Below, one piece after another: positions 49,260-59,522 of a DNA stretch of 64,000 nucleotides. Both the position numbers and the translations under genes were made by a program. This stretch comes from Macrostomum lignano (Eukaryota), in assembly GCA_002269645.1 (NCBI GenBank), contig NIVC01002603.1, forward strand, positions 1 to 64,000. The letters run 5' to 3'. Below the pieces are notes generated by a model. It was not told the DNA's origin and did not search any database. It worked only from the letters and a program-made list of their open reading frames with translations. Within the stretch, counting starts at the first letter, position 1. Each line of letters starts with the position of its first letter.

Positions 49260-50050
49260 GGCATTAAAATGTTTTAGAATATCTAGATGTCGAAGTTAAA
49301 AGATTCATTTGGGAATTGCTACGATGTCAAAGCTTGGTGGAAATCGTTATAGTGCTTGATTCTTAAAGAAGGAATCACTAAAATGTCAAGGCTTAGGGGA
49401 GAAGAATTGCTGAGATTTCAAGGCTTTAGGTTGGGTTAAAGTTAGGTTTAAGTCAGGTGTGGGTTGAGGGTAATATTTTATCGGGTTTCAAGGTTAACAG
49501 AATAACAGGGGATTTTTTAGATTTCAAGGTTTATGGGGGCCATTGCTGACATGTTAAGGCTTACGGGGGGAATAGCTGAGATGTCAAGGCTCACGGGGGT
49601 ATAAATGAGATTTCAAGGCTAAAGTCAGAAGCTACATGTAGTTTATTGAAAACTTTTTATTACATTATTTGATGCCTCCTCAGGGGAGGGATCGCTTATA
49701 AAAAAAGCATAATGTAAAAAATAAAAGAAGCTTCATGTCGAAGTTAAGAGATTCATTTGGGAATCCCTACAATGTCGAGGCTTGCAGGGAATCGCTATAA
49801 TGCTATAGTAGTGCTATAATATAATGACTCTTAGAGAGAATTACTGAAATTTCAATGCTTTAGGGTTAGGGTTAGGCTAGGGTTAGGGTTAGAAGGTTGA
49901 CAGATATTTTTAGATTTCCAAGGCTTATTGGGGGCATTGCTGAGATGTCAAGGGGGGAAGTTGATATGTTAAAGCTTGTGGGGGGGGGGAATTACTGACA
50001 TGTCAAGGCTTACAGGGTTTGACAGGAGATTTTTTAAGATTTCAAGGATA
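49260..50050. repeat. Degenerate repeat region with an internal TTAGGG tract
   Basis: GTCGAAGTTAA(A/G)AGATTCATTTGGGAAT at ~49288 and ~49737, recurring TCAAGG motif, TTAGGG-like tract 49800-49830. Confidence 0.55.
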
Positions 50051-51871
50051 TATGTAGCTTATTAAAAAAACGTGTATTGCATTTCTTTGGCTCCCCAACG
50101 GGGGGCGTAGATTGCTAGTTATATCCTAAAGCCTAGAAAAGGCCTATCTAAATTAAATTTGTTGAATATTTAAATACAATTTTAAAGTAGGTTAGGCTAC
50201 TTATTGCCATTGGTTAGGTTATGGGGTCTATAATACAACTAGAGCACATATCGCTTACATCGTTTAGGACATTTGATCTAACTCAGCTATGCTATAGGCT
50301 CATTCATTCTATTCATGTCAAACTTAATTCTATCAGTAATTTTGGCAGTAGAGTAATTACTCCGCGAGGCCGCGTGGATGGATTACAGGAAATTTTTTGA
50401 TTTTTTAATTTTCGCCAGAAGTCAGCTTATAATTCAATTTATAAAATTGTAATTTGGCCGTATTGGTTATTGAATTTTAAGTTTTCTTATATTACTACAT
50501 GCATAGCATTTTCTATAATCTTACTTAAATCGACACTTGGTCATTATTGAAGAAATGTTAGATCTAGTTTGTTTTACTTAATGAAGAGCGAAAAGTTTTG
50601 CTGATAGCTACAATAACTACAACTGCATGTGCAATGATTATTACTTACATCTCTCCATCCCAGCTCTCTCGAACCCTGCGGCCGATATTGCACCCTGATC
50701 GTCGCTATTTTGGTTGCCGATCGAGGTCCTTTAATTAACTGTCTTAGAATACTTTGGCATTTAATGTGTGCAGCAGCCCGCTGCAGCCGATAAGTGACTG
50801 ATATGGTAAAGCAATGAAAATGTTTTAAAGCTAATTATTTTACAAGTGCATTAGAAAAAAACACAAACTTTAGAACTATTAGAATTATAACACATTTTCA
50901 AAAATTTAAGAAACGTCTACATGTAAATGATAAATGTAGATCTGGCCTATTGAAAATCAGAAATACTGTATAGTACCAGCTATGTAATGTAGTGTACGTG
51001 TTGCTCATAACAGCTGCATTAAAGCAGCATACAAAAGACGTGTGTTTTAGGGTCGTTTGAAAAAAAAACATTAAAACATACAGTAATTTGTCTTGGTTGC
51101 AGATGCCCAGGTGTATCCACAAATATTTACCTGTCAGGGCCCCAATCAGAACATGGATACATGTAAACCATGCAGCATAGTTCGAATACTCGTAAGAAAG
51201 CAAATCGGATAACAAAACATCTAATTTGAACCACGATTTTCGTACATTGTATCTGAAGTCTATATTTGCCCTCTTCGAACAAATTTCGATAGAAACTTAG
51301 AAAGTATAGGTACAGTGTGTACATATTTTCAGTGTGTAGTGCCGCGTACAATTGACTTTTAAAAACTGATTAAAGAGCTTATATACTCATTAAAACATTG
51401 GATAGCAAAACCAGCATCAAAAACATACTGCTGGTCGCTGAATAAAAACAAACTACCTGTGGCTATCTAGCTGTTTTCTTTTTAAAAATTGATCGGTACT
51501 TGAGTCGATTAAAATAATTTCTTAGTCATCGGGGAGAGGATGATGCGAGTGTACAGTGTAGGTGTGAGTACACGCAGTGATGACTTTAAAAACCTTGATA
51601 CAGAATGCAACGTTAGATTTAGTCCTTCAGTGATCCAAGTTGATATCAAATAAGAAGAGTTCACAGAAGCAGCAACAGTAGCAGAGAGTCAACTGAATTT
51701 CGAGACAATCCGTCTTTCTGAGGAATCGAAAAAAATAATTACGATAAAGAAAATTCTGGCTGGGAAATACAATTACAAACTTGCAGAACAAAAATTTTTA
51801 TCAAGCTAAAAACCAGCAAAAAACCGTGATTACTATTGTTGTATATGCACGAGTATTGATCGTGTAGAATA

Positions 51872-54112
51872 TTACCATTTGTCTTGAAAAACTTTCCTCA
51901 TACGAGAGTACTCCTTCAGAGCTTTCGGGCCAAGCTTGTAGACTCGCTTCTTAGACGCTTTTCCACCGGATAGGTAATCGAAGTAGTCCTTTTGGCGTTC
52001 GCGGCCCACACTGAAAGCGTGCAGTTGTGATTGATGGAAAGGTATCAGTTAAGTTCGCAGCCGCAATTCAAGGTGACAGTTTACCCACAGAAATAGCAGA
52101 TATGCTTATTCTGCTAACCCCCTAAGGCACTACTTGCTCGCAAAAACTGTGCAGTGGCCCTAACTTCGTCAAGCATCTACACACACAATACACTCTGTGC
52201 GCCTTTGTAGATCGGCTTTCCTGGTGTCAATGATACAGGACAAGAGGCAGACCAATTTAAACATTAATTGTTATACATTATAATATTTAACAAGTTGGCT
52301 TTAGAAACTTTTATTCTCTATATACTTTGAGCTTAAAATCGGAGAAAAAAAGCACTTTGTTCCTCACCGCATGGCTCGAGCAAATGTGTCAAAGTTGCCG
52401 TTCCTGTTGCCCTTCAGGCTCTGCCAGATCAGTCCCATAAGTTTCGTGTCGCGAGCCACAAAGTTTTCGCTGACCTCGTCAGTTTCCGTCCCGTCCTCGG
52501 TGCAGAAGCTCAAAACTTTGTTAAAGTTTAGCTCACTACCGGCTTGCAAAATTGCCAAAACAACTTCGTGCACCTGGATTTTTCCATTGCTACAAGCGGC
52601 GGCTCCTTTCTTGTGGTAATTTGCTGCAAAAGAGAGTTTTTTTGCTGCGTTGTAAAATATTGATAATTTCCCATAGTCGCGTAAAGTCCTCACTTCTCCC
52701 ATTCCGTGAGAAATCCGTCAATTCTCTTCCGACTTACCAACAGCTCTTTGAATGTAACCGACTTTCTCACTCAGGTCCTCCCGTTCTGTAGAGCTCGAGG
52801 AGCCCCGACTCTTGGCGCTGCCGCTCTTAACTTTCGCCACCTTCGAATGTCGTTTCAAAGACGGCTGCTCCTGCGGCGTCAACTCCAACTGCTGCTGAGG
52901 CTGTGTCTGCATCTCCATTTGAGGCGTCTGTGCTGGCTGCGTTACCTCTGTGCCGGACGTTGCCGACAGGGGGGACAGGATCTCGTCAACAATATCGGGG
53001 TCCACAGTCTCAAGCAGAGGCAGCTGCCGCGGCGGGCAGGCCTTGAACACGGGCAGCGTGGGCACCCCGCCCTGTTCTGGAATTGGATGCCGAGGCTCCT
53101 GCGTCACCTGCAGAGTGCCCGGGTACTCCAGCGTCTGCGCCATGTTGGTCATGCCGCTGCTGACCGGCTGCGACACGATTGACGATGACGGCGGCGGCGA
53201 ATCAATGTCCATGGACTTCGGCGAGGACCGTCCCGGAGGTGGCAGCCACGACTTTAAAGCTTCTTCGCCAGACTAAAGAGCAATAATTGTGTCGGTTGTC
53301 TTGTTTATTTCACAGAATTCTAATTTTCATGGCTCATTCATTTTAATTAGTTAATTAAGGCGCATCTGAAGGCTGCGGACGGCTGTTCAGTCCAAGGACT
53401 GGGGGGTCGCCACACACCCTCAATTACCCCAGCTAATGCTGGCACCCATTTTACAGTTGGGTGAACTGAAGTAATGCAGGTTTAAGTGTCTTGCTCAATG
53501 ACACAAATAATTGTTCTGAGTGGGCGAGAATCGAACCCCCGACCTTCAAATCGTGAGTCCGACGCTCTAACCACTTGGCTACAACCCCCTAACTAACCGC
53601 TTGTCACACTGTCTGCTCGTCAGCACCACCAGTTGGTTTTTAAAATCAAAACTTGCTTTTCAGGTTCTTAGCAGGTTGGCGTCTTCCAGTATTACTGAAG
53701 CATTACATTGTTACTTATCTTATCTTCGGTTTCGATACGTTGGTACCCATGAGAGAGTAAAGCTACGCAAACAGAATTGACTTGAGTGATTTTTTGTGTC
53801 TGTACGAGTGATATACCCAAACGCTCGTGTCAAACCATGCATGTGAGTACATGTAAGCTCGCAATAAGTACATAAGCACACACTTCCAGGACTTCACTGT
53901 ACCTTGGAATCGTTGATAAAGCACTGCTGGATGTTCATCGCGGCTGCAACTTCTGGCTCGGAAGCGTCGTTAAATAGTTCGTGAACTAGACTATCGAAGC
54001 TGGCAGACTTCTCCAGCAGGGCTCGTGGATGCGACTGCGACAAGTGAAATTTCAGCCCATCGTCGGATCGTCTAGTTAGCTGCAGTAGCAAATCATCCGA
54101 CGACAGATCCAT
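51872..54112 (-). CDS. Divergent ETS-domain (ELF/E74-like) transcription factor, ~402 aa, 4 exons
   Basis: Exons 54112-53903, 53272-52738, 52692-52368 and 52010-51872 (1209 nt). GKIQVHEVVLAILQ...FVARDTKLMGLIWQSLKGNRNGNFDTFARAMR...KKRVYKL aligns by eye to the ETS pattern F-x3-D-S-K-x5-W-x3-K-x5-N-Y-E-T-M-x-R-A-L-R. Confidence 0.75.
53345..53588 (-). mobile_element. CORE-type tRNA-derived SINE family 2 in ETS intron 1
   Basis: A-box TAGCCAAGTGG, B-box GGTTCGATTCT, central TGTGTCATTGAGCAAGACACTTAAACC...CAGTTCACCCAACTGTAAAATGGG resembling the CORE domain. Confidence 0.8.
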
Positions 54113-54924
54113 GGCTGAGCTTTCCAAAAAATTTCCTTCTTGTTACCTTTATTTGTATTCTAAACTGTTATTTTACTTGGTTTTCTGCTCACATGACTAC
54201 TGCTTTTGCAGCTCGAGCTCTACAAGGAACTAAAACCTAAAAGCACTAGCGAGGGCTTAGACAAGAACTTTTCTTGTATAAATAGAGCTAGCACATTAGT
54301 TGGGGTCGGCTTTCTAGGCGTTTGGCATCTCTACCCCAGTTTACTGCGGGGGTGGATCATAGAGTGTACAGTCTAAACTGAATGTACAGACTAACTGAAT
54401 GTACATTATAAACTGAATGTACAGTGAAGAACGGGTGGGCCGTGGTTTTTCTCACGGGCTTGCCGCCGGATTGGCCATTGAAATTCCGTGGAGAAAGCTT
54501 TGAAACCCTCCCTTACCCCTTGCAGATAAGCTGTGCTTGCATTATCTCTTGTAGAGAGACAATTTCACTCACAACTAACTATTCGTAAAAGACGGGTTTA
54601 ATTGACGAGGCTTAGCATTTTAATTCATGCTGAACTTATTACAGAATATATGCAGTGTTTACAAATTCTAGCTGGAGTTTCAAGTCCTCATTGCATATTC
54701 ACAGACCAACGACGACGCTAAAAATAAAGTGGACTGCTAAACTTACATGTGACGCGAGTAGCAAAAATAGAACGCGATTTGAGTTACGAAACCGTAAAAC
54801 TATAAAATAAATTCATGCAGCATATCTTCTGGGCTGGGCTGTGACTGTGAACTGCCTTTATGTTCCAGAAAATGTTAAATTCTTTGTTTCAATAATAATA
54901 GCGTACGATCGGATACACTAATTC

Positions 54925-55450
<526 letters not shown>

Positions 55451-55494
55451 TCTGTCCTCATCTAGAGCCTTTTCTTTGTTTTTGTGCCCCTGTT

Positions 55495-55666
55495 TTTTGT
55501 CTGACATTTGTCCTACTTAGGGCTCATACATACCTGTGTTACCGCCCGTCTCTATTTCACGTAATCAATCAAGAATCCATAACAATCCAATGGAGTCCAA
55601 TAGTCGCTAATGACCAGCTACTATCTGAAAGCAAGGACTCAAATCTCCTGTTGCCAGATATTCAAT
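55495..55666 (+). repeat. ~170-bp dispersed repeat, inverted partner of 59231-59402
   Basis: About 8 mismatches against the reverse complement of the partner. Confidence 0.92.
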
Positions 55667-57118
55667 TAATTATTTTCGATATCGAATTTTACCTGAAGAT
55701 TAAATTGCGTGCAAAAAGCTTTCATTTTAAATTTTAGCTCCTATTTCGGGCTGCTTATCACGGCAGTAATAAAACAGGTAAGAGTATATTATTAATCACA
55801 ATGTGAAAGGGTGAGAGATACAGTCATACAGGATAGCTAATATAACAGAAACATTTAATAAAACGAAATATATTTCAAGTAGAGGATATTTAACATACAG
55901 CTCTGAAGTCTGTCAACAATTCTGGAATATTGTGGCGTGCAAGGTTACAAAATCTTCTTTTTGAGGCGTATTATAGGCAATTTCGAGTAAGTTCCAGTGG
56001 ACCATTTCAAAGCATGCACAGACGCAGGCAACTTGCTTTGACAACAAGAGAACAGCTGCTTGTCATACTTATAAGTTGATATATTGCTTGGTCAAAGTAG
56101 ATGAGGTAAGTCGTTAGAATTTGTTAATAAATAAATAACTTAGGCTAAAATACTGCTTTAGAAGATAGATGTAAAGTCATCCATTGTTAGTGACAACTTT
56201 TGATTTCATAACACTGGATCTTCCATTAATTTTAAACTGGTAATCTCAAACGCAGCGTTTTAAACAAATTAAAGCCATTAAAAAAATGAAGCTAAAACAA
56301 GCAAGTTTCACAGCTAGCTTTAGTTAAACAAAAACTTATTAAGGTGAGAACTTAGATGCTTAGGTGCAAAATATAGATGAAATTACAGTTTAATACTTAG
56401 ATAAAACGAAAAGCAGATCCGTTTAAAATAGAATGACAAAAGAATTAGATTTCTAGCTAAAAAGTGTTTTACACGGTCATATTGTATTGCAGACAATCTT
56501 CGAACAAAAATTGAAAGTGAAAAGGGATGTAGAAGCATCTCTGCTGTGAAAGAAACGAAAAATTGTAAAACATATATTACTACTGTCCAGATTAGCCTTG
56601 GACAGTAGCTACATGCGCATTTAAATTGTAGTGTTATAATTTTTGCTTCGTTTCCTATTTTAATCGACCTACAAGTCCCTCTATCGACCTGGATTTTACG
56701 ATTCAAATCTTTCGTCTACTTGTTTCAGTAGTCTAAATTGAATCTCTCACAATGTGAAATCTGCCGCCAAGGGGAGTAGAATCGCCAGAAATATTTGTAC
56801 ACTGGGAACTGTGATGCAGGAGCCTGGGAACAAGTGGAAATTCCGTTCGTCCCGATAGTAAAACAGCATAGGGAGCCTAAGTACACTGTGGGACTGATCT
56901 GTGCCGCACGGAATTTCCACGCATTTTCCGGCAGCACATTAGTCTATATATATCCCCGCTTGCTATATAGATTTTCTTACTAAAATATTAAACTTAAGTT
57001 CGACAACATTTTGACAAAATAATTAACAAAAAACTCTACCAGAATAAAATTTCCTGTTCTAGATTCGTTCGATTCGATTAGTTTAAAACTAAAGAATTTT
57101 GGCTGATCGATCCAATGT

Positions 57119-59454
57119 TCACGATGTCGAATGATGCATTCTGCGCTGCCCGTGCCCTGGGAACGGCAGCAGAGCCTCGGTTGCTGCGTCAGCCTCGTCA
57201 ACTCCTTCGGATTCTTCAACAACCTGCATCGTCCTTGGCTGCTGATGCCTCGGCTGCAGCTGCTGCTGCTGCTGTTGTTGCAGTTGTCGACGTTCCAACT
57301 GGTTCAACAGGCCAAGCTCTGCGCGTAGATCGGCGCTTTCATCCCGGTGAAGTCCACCCGAGTAGTCAAATATGGGTCGGATTGGCAGGCCAGCGTAGTC
57401 TATGGTGTGCTGTTGCTGCTGCTGCGGGCGGAAGTTATTTGACGGCCGGGGCAACCTTGGCGGTGGATGAGCACCGTTGGTGCTGACGCTGTCTGGCAGG
57501 CGGTGCAGCTCCATCTGCTGCGACTGTTTCGGCTGCTGACTCTCCTGACGCTGCGGTTCAATTTTTAAAGTCTCAGCCGGAGTTTCAGTCATGGTTGCAA
57601 CGTCTGTCAGAGTTGCCGTGCCGTTGCTGGGGTACTGAGTTTCCTGGAAGTTAATAGTAAATATTTTGTTTTCTTCTGTTTATGCATTGGCGTTTTGAAG
57701 CAATGTACATGGGTAGAGAGAAGACGGGGTAGTTCCCAGTTCACTCAGCTATGATTTGTTGGCACAAGACCTACAGGGGTAGAGAGGTAATGGGTGAATG
57801 GGATGGTGCTCAGTTCACTCAGTTATCATTGGTTGACTTAGACCATACTACATTGGGGTAGAGAGGGAATGGGGGTAGCGCTCAGTTCACTCAGTTATCA
57901 TTGGTTGACTTAGACCATACTGCATTGGGGTAGAGAGGGAATGGGGATGGCGCTCAGTTCACTCAGTTATCATTGGTTGACTTAGACCATACTGAATTGG
58001 GGTAGAGAGGGAATGGGGGTGGCGCTCAGTTCACTCAGTTATCATTGGTTGACTTAGACCATACTGCATTGGGGTAGAGAGGGAATGGGGATGGCGCTCA
58101 GTTCACTCAGTTATCATTGGTTGACTTAGACCATACTGCATTGGGGTAGAGAGGGAATGGGGATGGCGCTCAGTTCACTCAGCTATCATTGGTCGGTACT
58201 AGATCCTTACTCGTACTTTGCTTGCTACTACGAGCGTACATGTATATGTTTAGTACACAACACTACACGAAAGTTCCCCTAAAATGGGCAAAGCAAGCAT
58301 AGCTATATAAAAAAATGCTCAAAAAGTGACATACCACATTGTCGCACCTAGATGACAGTCGAGACCTTCTTAGTCGCCTGTCCAATCTTCGACGCCTGAA
58401 GTTTGAGAATTCAGTTTTACTGTGAAGCTTTCTCAATTTTATTGCTATAGAACCATATAATAAGAATAGAAAATACAATGGTACAATAGTTTAGCGAATC
58501 CGACACAGAAACGGAATATTAAATTAGCAACAATCGCTACTGCAAGTAGAGTGCAAAGCTGATTTTACAACATAAAAACTCACTATAGACAACACCCACT
58601 TACACTTTGTAAAGCATCAGACAGACGGACAGCAATACAATAGCTAGGACGGCAAAGACCGCCACGAACACAACACCAAGGGCGGCGGAGGAAATGGGCG
58701 CGGCTACCGCTGCCTGGCTCTGGTAAACTGCGGCGCCTTCTGAAATACATGTAACAACACGATAATTGAAGGCATAAAAAATAAATAATTACTAGGTGCA
58801 AGCTATACTATAAATATTTTTAGTACACTACTAATAGTAAGCGAATATGCGCTTGAACGTAAAACTTGACGCACGACATTGAAATTCTAAATAAGGTTAA
58901 GATCGAATTAAGAGACACAGCAATTTGGTGAGCATTATATACGGCTACAAACCTGGCAAGGTACCAGGCCAACAAGAAAAGGGCACCAATTACGCAACAG
59001 GCTGTGCCTATGGCAACGCTAGTCAGCAGTCTGTCTGTTTGTCGCACTGACCGGCTTGACAAGTACGCTGTCGTATAAAATCAATGATATGGCTGAGTTT
59101 GGAACAATTAAATAGGTCAAGTCTGCTTTAATAACCTTTCTTTCATTTTTGATTAGTGCAAAACTAATAATTTATCATACGTCCATTATTCTTTCTAATG
59201 CTCCTTCTACTGTCTATCTATCTATGATAGATTGAATATCTGGCAACAGGAGATTTGAGTCCTTGCTTTCAGATAGCAGCTGGTCATTAGCGACTATTGG
59301 ACTCCATTGGATTGTTATGGATTCTTGATTGGATACGTGAAATAGAGACGGGCGGTAACATAGGTGTGTATGAGCCCTGGGTAGGATAAATGTCAGACAA
59401 AAGAAGGCTGCTATCTATCTATCCATCTATTTATCTATCTATCTATCCATCTAT

Positions 59455-59522
<68 letters not shown>

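Noticed and set aside
49800-49830. TTAGGG tracts as a chromosome end
   Set aside because: Only 3-5 units, interstitial and embedded in repeats.
47300-51800. Genes between UAP1 and the ETS gene
   Set aside because: AT-rich with only short ORFs; isolated minus-strand donor-like sites (~50648, ~51132) could be UTR exons but cannot be supported.
53520-53588. tRNA gene (also at 23161-23230)
   Set aside because: A/B boxes are present but the acceptor stem does not pair, and the sequence continues into a SINE body.
57710-58200. CRISPR-like appearance of the 72-bp array (also the 22-, 28- and 31-bp arrays)
   Set aside because: No unique spacers, no cas genes, eukaryotic intron context.
58583-58801. 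ORF-track frame RRRRSLPEPGSG... as the cytoplasmic exon
   Set aside because: An overlapping frame of the same exon gives a clear TM helix and fits the upstream phase, so it is the preferred reading.
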